Positions 7,087 through 15,393 of a DNA stretch of 64,000 bases are shown here, piece after piece. Below the pieces are notes generated by a model. The model saw only the letters and a program-made list of their open reading frames with translations. It was not told the DNA's origin and did not search any database. A program made the translations under genes and the position numbers. This DNA comes from a virus (taxonomy: Duplodnaviria; Caudoviricetes): the IMG/VR virus record IMGVR_UViG_3300029288_000131, positions 1 through 64,000 of that record. One strand, written 5' to 3'. Every line of letters starts with the position of its first letter. Position 1 is the first letter of the stretch.

Positions 7087-7958
7087 TGTTGAAACTATCA
7101 TGGAATGATGTTCGTGCGAGGGCTTCTGTCGTTCTCTCGCAGATGAGGGCAAGTCACTTACCAACGCCTCGGCCAAAGGTCTATCCAGTACCGCGGGGTG
7201 GGATTTACGCGGCTTTGTTGCTTGGTGAATGTGTGGAGGTAGTAGAGCATTTCGAAAGGGCCGATTGCTGCATCGATGACATCATCGACACGGGCAAAAC
7301 CAAGGAACAATTCTTGGACAAGCCATTCTTCGCATTGGTGGATAAGCTGACCGAGCAATTGGATGGTTGGGTGGAGTTTCCTTGGGAACGAATGAGCAAC
7401 GAGCAGGGACCAGAGGAAAGCATCCGTCGGATCATTGAGTTCATTGGAGATGACCCAAATCGTGAGGGATTGCTCAAGACACCGCAGCGGGTAGTTCGAT
7501 CATATAGCGAATTGTTCTCTGGTTATGGCAAGGAGCCGGCGGATGTGATTACGGTGTTTGAGGACGGTGCCTGTGACGAGATGGTGATTGTGCGAGGAGT
7601 GGAGTTCGTCTCGTTCTGCGAGCATCATATGTTGCCGTTCATTGGTACGGCTCATATTGCGTACGTCCCGGACAAGCGAGTGATTGGGGTATCCAAGTTG
7701 GTGAGGCTGCTTGAAATCTATGCTCGTCGGTTACAGATTCAGGAGCGTCTGTGTCAACAGGTGACGAAGGCATTGGACAAGCACTTGAAGCCGAAGGGAT
7801 CTGCTTGTGTTGTGATGGCAAAGCATCTTTGCATGTCATGCCGTGGTGTTGGAAAACAACACTCGGAAATGGTAACATCAAGTCTTACTGGATCTTTTTT
7901 GAAGTCGCCTGAAGCTCGTGGAGAGCTTTTCAGTTTGATTCAAGGAGCATTGAGATGA
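7083..7958 (+). CDS. folE: fusion: purine phosphoribosyltransferase-like domain + GTP cyclohydrolase I
   Basis: N-term VPRGG, IDDIIDTGKT, WVEFPWE (gpt-like); C-term REGLLKTPQRV, SFCEHHMLPF, GVSKL, RLQIQERL, HLCMSCRG. Confidence 0.92.
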   Translation: MMLKLSWNDVRARASVVLSQMRASHLPTPRPKVYPVPRGGIYAALLLGECVEVVEHFERADCCIDDIIDTGKTKEQFLDKPFFALVDKLTEQLDGWVEFPWERMSNEQGPEESIRRIIEFIGDDPNREGLLKTPQRVVRSYSELFSGYGKEPADVITVFEDGACDEMVIVRGVEFVSFCEHHMLPFIGTAHIAYVPDKRVIGVSKLVRLLEIYARRLQIQERLCQQVTKALDKHLKPKGSACVVMAKHLCMSCRGVGKQHSEMVTSSLTGSFLKSPEARGELFSLIQGALR

Positions 7959-8728
7959 GAAAGGTGGTTTGGATTACCACGCAATTTGAAGCGTTTCATC
8001 GATGGCTACATGCACCTGACGATGTGAGTTTTCTGCGAGACTTTCATCGTCATGTTTTTCATGTGAGACTCGAAGTCCTTGTCTCGGGAAGTGATCGCGA
8101 AGTTGAGTTTATACAACTCAAACATCGGGTTGATAACTATATCGGTCTCCATTTCGAGAATAAGTGTATGGAACGGTCGTGTGAGATGATTGCACAGACT
8201 CTTTTGGAGGAGTTCAATGCGGTTGTGGTGGCGGTGTCCGAAGATGGAGAGAATGGAGCTACGGTTTCTCGACCGTGTTCAATGATTGCTCGTGACAAGG
8301 TTTTCGTGGGGATTGAAGCGGAGGGACCTCATCGTGGTAAGTGTACTCTATTTGTCCCAGGTTGCGTAACTCCTTCAAGATTGGGTGCAGTTGTTGGCGG
8401 TGGAAAGCTTGAGCTCTATGAGGTAGAGCATGTTTACTACGGTGCAGGGTGGGATCATGCCTTGTCTTATCACACCTTACTCTATCTTAGGGATTCACTG
8501 AAGTTGCCAACTACGGTTGAGGGGGATCATCTCGATAGGTTTGGCGACATCTTTCAGAAATGGGAGGGACTCACTGCTGTGTCTGTGAAGGATGCAGGCA
8601 AGCTGAATTTGTGTCATTACACGAAACGGATTGAGGGAAGTCTTATAATATGGAGTGGCAAAGAGGGGACGTTTGTTACTTCGATTCACGACCCGTTATT
8701 TGATGGCGACTTTGTTGTGGAGGACTAG
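7955..8728 (+). CDS. dpdL: DpdL-like T-fold protein (putative CDG decarboxylase) fused to an unknown C-terminal domain
   Basis: LRDFHRHVF fits the LxxxHRHxF signature as I recall it; REVEF, SCEMIA, VSEDGENGA; extra ~150 aa after residue ~105. Confidence 0.7.
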   Translation: MRKVVWITTQFEAFHRWLHAPDDVSFLRDFHRHVFHVRLEVLVSGSDREVEFIQLKHRVDNYIGLHFENKCMERSCEMIAQTLLEEFNAVVVAVSEDGENGATVSRPCSMIARDKVFVGIEAEGPHRGKCTLFVPGCVTPSRLGAVVGGGKLELYEVEHVYYGAGWDHALSYHTLLYLRDSLKLPTTVEGDHLDRFGDIFQKWEGLTAVSVKDAGKLNLCHYTKRIEGSLIIWSGKEGTFVTSIHDPLFDGDFVVED

Positions 8729-8731
8729 TCT

Positions 8732-9826
8732 ATGCTGTTCTATCTCCCATTAGAAAGCTACGTCGAGCGTTACACCTACTTCATGTCTTGTCGGGGAGGC
8801 TGGACTGAAGATTGGTTGAAGCATTATGGAGTAGAGTTTGTTCGTGTGGAGGGAGAAGAGAGCAGCAAGACAATCAATGTGGGAAGTGTGCTCGATGCAT
8901 TTGGCAGGTGTTCGTATGCAATGAGTCAGGTTGCTAAGATGGTCGAGTTTATTCGGAATGGTTGTGTCGAGGATGGCGATGTGATATACACTGAAGATTT
9001 CTGGCACCCTGGAATTGAGTCACTTTTCTATGTAAGGGCATTGACGGGGATTCGTTTCAAGGTGGGATGCTTTATTCATGCTCAGTCCATTGACGATGCC
9101 GATTTCACACACTCGATGCGTGGTTGGATGCGTCCGATGGAAGTTGGAATGAGTCATGGATACGATTATGTGTTTACTTGCTCCCACCTTCTTCGTAACT
9201 TGGCCGTTGATGCTGGTTATAATCCATCATCTCTTTACAAGGTGGGATTGCCATACAACAGTCGTCGCTTGCGGGAACAGCTTTGCGCTATGGGGTTTAG
9301 AGAGAAGGAGAAGGAGCCGTTTGTCCTTTTCTCGTCGCGGTTTGACGCTGAGAAAAATCCACACCTCTTCATGGATGTGGTTGAAGCTTGTCCTGATGTT
9401 CAGTTCAAGTTGGTGAAACCGAGAAAGCACATAACCAACGATCAGACGGTGCTTGATCGACTGAATGCGATTGTGAATTGCTGTGGCAATCTGGAAGTAG
9501 TGGATACATCAGACAAGATGGTGTATTACGATCTGCTTTCGAGGGCGAAGGTTCAGTTCAACTGTGCGAAGCAGGATTGGGTCTCGTGGACTCTGTTGGA
9601 GGCCGTGACGTTTCGTTGTAATCCACTCTATCCACGTTGGAAGGACTTTCCGTTTGAATTGGATGGTTTTGTAGAAGACCATATCTACGAGAACGAGGAT
9701 TTGAAAAGTGCTGTTTCTCAGTTACGTCGTTTGTTGCACAAGGAGTTTGATCTGGGGTTGTTAGGAATTGCAACACGACACGATGAGTCATGGAAGAGTT
9801 ATCTCGAGGTCATGGAGTTGATATGA
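8732..9826 (+). CDS. GT-B fold glycosyltransferase
   Basis: Two-domain size; FVLFSSRFDAEKNPHLF, YYDLLSRAKVQF, WTLLEAVT...PLYP resemble GT4-like C-terminal motifs. Confidence 0.75.
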   Translation: MLFYLPLESYVERYTYFMSCRGGWTEDWLKHYGVEFVRVEGEESSKTINVGSVLDAFGRCSYAMSQVAKMVEFIRNGCVEDGDVIYTEDFWHPGIESLFYVRALTGIRFKVGCFIHAQSIDDADFTHSMRGWMRPMEVGMSHGYDYVFTCSHLLRNLAVDAGYNPSSLYKVGLPYNSRRLREQLCAMGFREKEKEPFVLFSSRFDAEKNPHLFMDVVEACPDVQFKLVKPRKHITNDQTVLDRLNAIVNCCGNLEVVDTSDKMVYYDLLSRAKVQFNCAKQDWVSWTLLEAVTFRCNPLYPRWKDFPFELDGFVEDHIYENEDLKSAVSQLRRLLHKEFDLGLLGIATRHDESWKSYLEVMELI

Positions 9827-10860
9827 TAGGGTTCAGTGTTGTTGGCGATTTTTCTTTCGCTGACCAAGCTGCAGTCGAGCTTGTTGTTGATGGGTGTGTG
9901 GGTCTTTTGTTTAGCTATGCTGTGATGGATGAAAGAAAAAGAGTAGGGACGTTTTTCTTGCGATTGAAAGGAGAGACAATGGATAGGTGTCCTCTGTTCC
10001 TTGATTCTGGTGCACACGGCCTTTATACCCGCGAGGTGATGAAGAAAGTTCCCGTAAGAATGCGACATCGTGTCAACCCGTATGAGTTCTACGAAACTAA
10101 TGGTTTCTGGGAATACGTCGATTCTTACGCTGCTTTTCTAAAGTTACATCCAGATATTCGCTTGTATGCTAATGTCGATGTAATTTTCAATCCGAAGCTT
10201 TCATGGAAGGTCTTGAAGTATCTTGAAAGAGAGCATGGGCTGTCGCCGGTTCCTGTGATTCATTTCGGAACTGAGGTAAGGTGGGTGAAGCGTCACTTGG
10301 ATGCAGGATATGAATTTCTTGGGATAGGTGGATTGGGACAGGAAGCACAACGGCGTGATTATGTTGGGTGGGCCGATACAGTTTTTCGTCTTGTTTGTTC
10401 TGGTGCAGACAGAATGCCTTTAGTACGCACTCATGGGTTTGCTATCGGTTCTCCATCATTGATGCGTCGTTATCCGTGGTGGAGTGTAGATAGTGCAACG
10501 TGGGTAAAGTCGGCTGGGTTTGGAAAAATCTTTGTCCCTAGGAAGAAGAGTGGGAAGTGGGATTTCTTTCACCATTTGGGAATCGATGTTAGTGATAAAT
10601 CTCCTAGTCTGCAAGTCAAGGGACAGCATATTACAAATCTGTCACCGGGGGAAAAGAGGGCTGTGATTGAATGGCTAGATGAGATAGGAGTTCCATTGGG
10701 AAGTATGACTGATTCAAAGAATGATACACAAAAGACGGTGATGAATCATCGAAGTTGTAGAATACTTGCGAACCTTCACTTCTTCAAGGGACTTGTTCGC
10801 AGCTTGCCGTGGCCTAGACCGTTCGGTGCCAGAAAGGTGGTAGGAAGGATTGGACTATGA
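9823..10860 (+). CDS. dpdA: DNA-guanine transglycosylase (TGT-like), 7-deazaguanine insertion enzyme; alternative start 9979
   Basis: LFLDSGAH, YANVDVI, PVPVIH, LGIGG, THGFA, YPWWSVDSATW; within queD/queE/folE operon. Confidence 0.88.
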   Translation: MIGFSVVGDFSFADQAAVELVVDGCVGLLFSYAVMDERKRVGTFFLRLKGETMDRCPLFLDSGAHGLYTREVMKKVPVRMRHRVNPYEFYETNGFWEYVDSYAAFLKLHPDIRLYANVDVIFNPKLSWKVLKYLEREHGLSPVPVIHFGTEVRWVKRHLDAGYEFLGIGGLGQEAQRRDYVGWADTVFRLVCSGADRMPLVRTHGFAIGSPSLMRRYPWWSVDSATWVKSAGFGKIFVPRKKSGKWDFFHHLGIDVSDKSPSLQVKGQHITNLSPGEKRAVIEWLDEIGVPLGSMTDSKNDTQKTVMNHRSCRILANLHFFKGLVRSLPWPRPFGARKVVGRIGL

Positions 10861-11111
10861 TTATCTTCTTCTCGGGAAATACGTCAAGAGAAGACTGGCC
10901 AGAGTTGACGATGGAGGATGATGAAAGTTTGGGAGTTATGCTTACTTATCATGAGATACACTCAAAGAATAAACAGACAAGCAGAAGGCTAGAAGAGCTG
11001 GTTGCTAGAGAGGAGAATGACCGTGGGAAGGTACAAAAGAGACTCGGTATACCAGACAAGACAAAGAGTGGCAGGAAACCGTCCAGGAGTGTATCGGGTA
11101 TGGACAAGTGA
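10857..11111 (+). CDS. small protein resembling first beta-alpha-beta unit of DpdA-type barrels
   Basis: MIIFFSGN...GVMLTY; ATGA overlap with dpdA; 3' part overlaps next ORF. Confidence 0.45.
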   Translation: MIIFFSGNTSREDWPELTMEDDESLGVMLTYHEIHSKNKQTSRRLEELVAREENDRGKVQKRLGIPDKTKSGRKPSRSVSGMDK

Positions 11112-11415
11112 GGAGATCAATGAAGTTCTTGGTCTCTACTTTGGAGATAAGTCCATTCGCTCGATTGGCAAAGCGACGGGAAGGACCGACAAAGCTATTG
11201 AGACTTTGTTGGCGAAGTTGTTCTCTTCCAAGCTGTACCATGTTAGAAGGATCTACGTTCCTCAACGGAAGGGAAGGACAGGCAAGTTGAACGAACGGGA
11301 GATTGCTGTAGTCAGGAAGTGTGGATACGAGTGGGCCTCGGTTCTTCTTGTTCGAAGTAGGAAAGAATTGGAAGAGGCTGTTCAAAGAAAAACCTCTTTC
11401 CGTTTCGTTGATTGA
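11017..11415 (+). CDS. HTH/Myb-like DNA-binding protein
   Basis: WTSEEINEVLGLY..DKSIRSIGKATGRTDKAI; GAGGAG RBS. Confidence 0.6.
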   Translation: MTVGRYKRDSVYQTRQRVAGNRPGVYRVWTSEEINEVLGLYFGDKSIRSIGKATGRTDKAIETLLAKLFSSKLYHVRRIYVPQRKGRTGKLNEREIAVVRKCGYEWASVLLVRSRKELEEAVQRKTSFRFVD

Positions 11416-11427
11416 AAGGAGTTTTCC

Positions 11428-11611
11428 ATGTTGGTACTGTCTCGCAAGATAAACGAACGTCTGGTGATCAACAACGACATCACCATCGTCGTCGTCGAGA
11501 TCAGGGGGTGACAAGGTACGGTTGGGAGTCGAGGCTCCGAAGGAGGTGCCGGTTCACCGTAAGGAAGTGTTCGATGCCATTCGCAAGCAAGAGAAGGAGG
11601 GTGGGAGATGA
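11428..11611 (+). pseudogene. csrA: carbon storage regulator CsrA interrupted by one extra G
   Basis: MLVLSRKINERLVINNDITIVVVEIRG then TGA; removing one G from GGGGG (11504-11508) restores GDKVRLGVEAPKEVPVHRKEVFDAIRKQ; AAAGGAG RBS. Confidence 0.92.
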
Positions 11612-12006
11612 GATCACTGGACGAAATCGACTACCCGAAGGACGCCGATGAATACTGGGCACTGGCGGAAGCAAACAAGGATGATCTTGTCACACTCATT
11701 CAAAGATTCCATCCGTACAACGGCACGGTCCATTCGGGATTCGAGATCACAGCACATGCTGCCGAGAGGATGTGTGCTGGTGTGAGGGAAAGCATAGCAC
11801 GGGAGGTTCTGGAAAGTCCAACCCAGAGCTTTGAGCGTTGTCTTGCTGAGAAGGACGATCACATTGTCGATATACTGAATCATACGTGGTTCGGAATGCC
11901 AGAAAGTACGGGGGTGAGATGCCTGCCAGGATTCGGGGTCTTGTGTGATTTATGCTCTGAGTCTTATGTTCTGGAACAACCGGAAGAAATGGAGGACGGG
12001 AAGTGA
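11608..12006 (+). CDS. hypothetical protein
   Basis: AAGGAGG RBS, ATGA/GTGA overlaps. Confidence 0.7.
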   Translation: MRSLDEIDYPKDADEYWALAEANKDDLVTLIQRFHPYNGTVHSGFEITAHAAERMCAGVRESIAREVLESPTQSFERCLAEKDDHIVDILNHTWFGMPESTGVRCLPGFGVLCDLCSESYVLEQPEEMEDGK

Positions 12007-13007
12007 TAGTGAACCGCGAACAACTGCTGAAGCAATTGGAGGCTGTGACTCCTGGTCTTTCTCCGAAGGCGATCATCGAGCAGTCCGACTGCTTTGTGTT
12101 TCGGAAGCAGAAGGTGATTACGTTCAACGACGAGATCGCTTGTCGAGTTGCCACCAAGGTGGATTTCGAGGGGGCCGTACCAGCAGACCCGTTGTTGAAA
12201 CTGCTTCGCAAGCTACAGGAAACAGAACTGGACATGGAGGTGGGCGAGGGTGGCTTGAAGATTCGGGGCAAAGGACGGCGGGCTGTCGTGCAACTCCATC
12301 AAGAGATCGTGCTGCCGGTAGAGACGATAGACCGTCCTTCTGAATGGACTCCCGTCGGCAAGAACCTGCTGGAAGCACTCGGAATGGCCATCCACTGCTG
12401 TAGCAAGGACGAAAGCAAGTTTGTGTTGACGTGCGTTCACGTCCACCCGAAGTGGGTCGAGTCCAGTGACGACGTGCAGATTCTACGGTACAAGACCAAG
12501 ACGGGTATCAGTCAAGCTACCCTCGTCCGCGGTGCTTCTGTGAAGTACGTGGTCGGGATGGATGTGACTGAGTTGAGTGAGTCCGAGAGTTGGATTCACT
12601 TCAAGGGAGCCGACGGTTTGATCATCTCGTGCCGCCGGTTCAAGATGGACTATCCCGACACGTCTGCCTTCATCGAGCAGAGGGGCAAGAAGGTCAAGCT
12701 GCCCGACGGGTTGGATGAAGCCGTCGAGAAGGCTGAAATCTTCTCTGCCCAGAACGAGATGGACAACTTCGTCTCCGTCCAATTGTCTCAGGACTTGTTG
12801 CGACTGGAGGGAAGGGGAGCATCGGGTTGGTACAGGGAATCCCGCAAGATCAGCTACTCGTCAGAGCCGTTGAAGTTCTTCATCGATCCTCGACTACTTC
12901 GGGAGATTCGACAACGGTCTGATGAGTGTGAGGTGGCCAAGGGACTGCTGCGGGTTGAGGGTGGGTCGTTTGTCTATGCTACTTGCACGAGCGAGGCGAC
13001 GGACTGA
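12003..13007 (+). CDS. dnaN: DNA sliding clamp (beta-clamp-like)
   Basis: 334 aa; VNREQLLKQL, ITFNDEIA, SKDESKFVLTCVHV, YPD, FFIDPRLL; clamp loader nearby. Confidence 0.8.
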   Translation: MIVNREQLLKQLEAVTPGLSPKAIIEQSDCFVFRKQKVITFNDEIACRVATKVDFEGAVPADPLLKLLRKLQETELDMEVGEGGLKIRGKGRRAVVQLHQEIVLPVETIDRPSEWTPVGKNLLEALGMAIHCCSKDESKFVLTCVHVHPKWVESSDDVQILRYKTKTGISQATLVRGASVKYVVGMDVTELSESESWIHFKGADGLIISCRRFKMDYPDTSAFIEQRGKKVKLPDGLDEAVEKAEIFSAQNEMDNFVSVQLSQDLLRLEGRGASGWYRESRKISYSSEPLKFFIDPRLLREIRQRSDECEVAKGLLRVEGGSFVYATCTSEATD

Positions 13008-14191
13008 TGGGTTTCTTTCCCCCGTCAACGGTCGATGTGAGGCCGACAAACCTCGTACCACGGTGCGGGGCATGTGGGTTACACAAGGACTGCCTCAGCC
13101 CGAAAATGGCCCCGACAGGCGACGGTCGCAAGGGGATTCTGGTCGTGGCTGAGGCTCCGGGCAAGGAGGAGGATCGACAGGGCGTTCAACTCGTGGGCAA
13201 TGCCGGGAAGGAATTGCGGTCCAGGTTGCGTCAGTGTGGCATTGACTTGGACCGTGACTGTTGGAAGACGAACTCGGTGATATGTCGTCCGAAGGGAAAC
13301 GAGACTCCCAACGATGAAAGAATAGAAGCGTGTCGTCCGAACTTGGTCGGCACCATCGAGCAGGTCAAGCCAAGGGTGATTCTGCTGCTCGGCATGATCT
13401 CCGTAAAGTCTCTTCTGGGACCGATCTGGAAGAAGGGCAAAACCAGTTCTTTGACTATGTGGGCTGGGTGGCAGATCCCGCTACATCGTTACAACTGCTG
13501 GGTTTGTCCGACCTACCATCCCTCATACTTGCTGCGGGTGCAAGGTGGAAAGGATGCCACGGGGCTTTGGTTTCAGCGGCATCTGGAGGCGGCCGTTGGG
13601 TTGGAGGGGCGACCGTGGCCTGACGGCCCACCCAACTACGCCAAGAGGGTGAAACGCATCTACGTTCCTGCTGAAGCGAGGGATGCCACAGAGCAGGTGA
13701 CAGGAGCATTTGCCTTTGACTATGAGACAGATCGGTTGAAGCCTGACCATCCTCAGTCTGGCATAGTATGCTGTTCTGTAAGTGATGGAAGAAGCACCTT
13801 CTCTTTCCCGTGGATAGGCGAAGCCGTCGAGGCGATGGGAAAGTTGCTGAGGAGTGATCATCCAAAGATTGGGGCGAATATCAAGTTTGAGGAACGGTGG
13901 ACTCGCAGGGTGTTCGGGCACGGTGTGAGGAATTGGGTATGGGACACCGTGCAGGCCGCCCATGTGTTAGATAATAGGCGGGGGGTTTCTGGGTTGAAGT
14001 TTCAATCGTTCGTTTTGTTGGGACAAGAACCATACGATCGGTCCATTGAGTCTTTGCTGGAAGCGGTTGGGGGAAACGACAAGAACCAGATCAGCAAGGC
14101 AGACTGGGATGATTTGTTGCTTTACAACGGGATGGACTCTTTGCTGACTTACGAGGTGGCCAAGAAGCAGAGGAAGGAGATGAAGCAATGA
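13007..14191 (+). CDS. family-4 UDG-like domain fused to 3'-5' proofreading exonuclease (N-terminal part of split PolA)
   Basis: CGAC..C, AEAPG.EED, TNSVICRP, TYHPSYLL; FDYETD (ExoI), GANIKFE (ExoII), YNGMD (ExoIII). Confidence 0.88.
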   Translation: MGFFPPSTVDVRPTNLVPRCGACGLHKDCLSPKMAPTGDGRKGILVVAEAPGKEEDRQGVQLVGNAGKELRSRLRQCGIDLDRDCWKTNSVICRPKGNETPNDERIEACRPNLVGTIEQVKPRVILLLGMISVKSLLGPIWKKGKTSSLTMWAGWQIPLHRYNCWVCPTYHPSYLLRVQGGKDATGLWFQRHLEAAVGLEGRPWPDGPPNYAKRVKRIYVPAEARDATEQVTGAFAFDYETDRLKPDHPQSGIVCCSVSDGRSTFSFPWIGEAVEAMGKLLRSDHPKIGANIKFEERWTRRVFGHGVRNWVWDTVQAAHVLDNRRGVSGLKFQSFVLLGQEPYDRSIESLLEAVGGNDKNQISKADWDDLLLYNGMDSLLTYEVAKKQRKEMKQ

Positions 14192-14403
14192 TGTTCGACA
14201 GCCCCGCTTATCACAATGTATTTTGGGCGCCGGCCGGCACTACGATTCAAGATCGGGTGCTCTATGCTGGGTGGTACTGGTGGGACGAGGTGGGGCTGCT
14301 CGGTGGGGGACCATTCCCGACCGATCAGTTGGCGAACGAGGACATGACAAAGTATATGGAGAAGTTGTATGAGCAGCTTAAAGCGGAAGGCGCAATTGGT
14401 TGA
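14188..14403 (+). CDS. hypothetical protein
   Basis: AAGGAG RBS, ATGA overlap. Confidence 0.55.
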   Translation: MMFDSPAYHNVFWAPAGTTIQDRVLYAGWYWWDEVGLLGGGPFPTDQLANEDMTKYMEKLYEQLKAEGAIG

Positions 14404-15016
14404 GAATGATCCTTGCAGTCCTTGGATTCAGACGTTCACGGGCAGGCAGTTCTTCCCGTTCGTGCCGCGGAAGGAGGATGTTTGTATTGAGGACATTGCT
14501 CACCATCTTGCCAACAGGTGTCGGTTCTCTGGTGCTTGTGATCCTTTCTACTCGGTTGCTCAGCACAGCGTAATGGTGGCCGAGTGGGCGATGTCTATGG
14601 TGGATCCTGTTGACATTCAGTTTGCAGGGAAGCCGGAGGAGTTTGGACGAAAGAATGTCGGCAAGATGGCACTGATGCATGACTCGGCCGAAGCTTATTT
14701 GGGTGATGTGGTGAGTCCATACAAACATGATGTGTTCTTTCAAGTGGAGGGGGAGGTGAGGTTGTTCGCGGATGTTGAGCGGAGGTTGCTCATAACGATT
14801 TTCGCTGCGTTGAGCATTCCCTGGGATTCTTGGATTTGGTCGTGGGTCGATCAGATAGACCGGCGGATGTTGATAACGGAAGCCAAGCAGCTGATGGCTT
14901 CGGCCCCCGTGGATTGGACCACGGCATGCGACCCGTTTCCTGATTTGGAGATCAGACCTGATGATCCGTGCGCGGCCGAGGCGAAGTTCCACTCCTGCTG
15001 GGAGTCGCTACAATGA
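14369..15016 (+). CDS. HD-domain 5'-deoxynucleotidase (YfbR-like)
   Basis: WIQTFTG, IEDIAHHLA...RF.G, YSVAQHS, LMHDSAEAYLGD, D..ML.TE. Confidence 0.88.
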   Translation: MSSLKRKAQLVENDPCSPWIQTFTGRQFFPFVPRKEDVCIEDIAHHLANRCRFSGACDPFYSVAQHSVMVAEWAMSMVDPVDIQFAGKPEEFGRKNVGKMALMHDSAEAYLGDVVSPYKHDVFFQVEGEVRLFADVERRLLITIFAALSIPWDSWIWSWVDQIDRRMLITEAKQLMASAPVDWTTACDPFPDLEIRPDDPCAAEAKFHSCWESLQ

Positions 15017-15393
15017 GTGGCATAACAGTCGTCTACGTTCTAGCTGTTGCTGTAGTGCTTGCTTTGGTTCTTCGGTATTGCCGTCGTTTGTCGTGGTGGG
15101 AGGGCAACTACTCGAAGCGGTTCATAGACGGATGGACGTTGACTCACTTCGGGCATGGGATCGTGTTCTACGGCATTTGGCGGGCTGCTTTGTTACAGTA
15201 TGATCCATCGTTGTCCATCTTAGGGACGGTGATGGCAGAAGCGGTGTGGGAGATGCTTGAGAACACAAGGCATGTGATTGAGTGGTTTCGACGTCGGGGC
15301 GATGAAGAATACATGGGGGACAGTGTGGCAAATTCGTTGGGCGATTACTTCGCTTGTGCTTTAGGTGCCTGGATGACGAGCTGGTTCATATGA
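15013..15393 (+). CDS. DUF2585-like membrane protein
   Basis: DGWTLTHFGHGIVFY, EAVWEMLENT..VIE, YMGDSVANSLGD. Confidence 0.75.
   Translation: MSGITVVYVLAVAVVLALVLRYCRRLSWWEGNYSKRFIDGWTLTHFGHGIVFYGIWRAALLQYDPSLSILGTVMAEAVWEMLENTRHVIEWFRRRGDEEYMGDSVANSLGDYFACALGAWMTSWFI

Noticed and set aside
11509-11511. TGA in csrA as selenocysteine or stop readthrough
   Set aside because: The CsrA continuation is in a different frame, so readthrough would not restore it.
14192-15389. Intron or intein splitting the polymerase
   Set aside because: No homing endonuclease, intein C/HN ends or group I/II hallmarks; the intervening ORFs are ordinary coupled genes.
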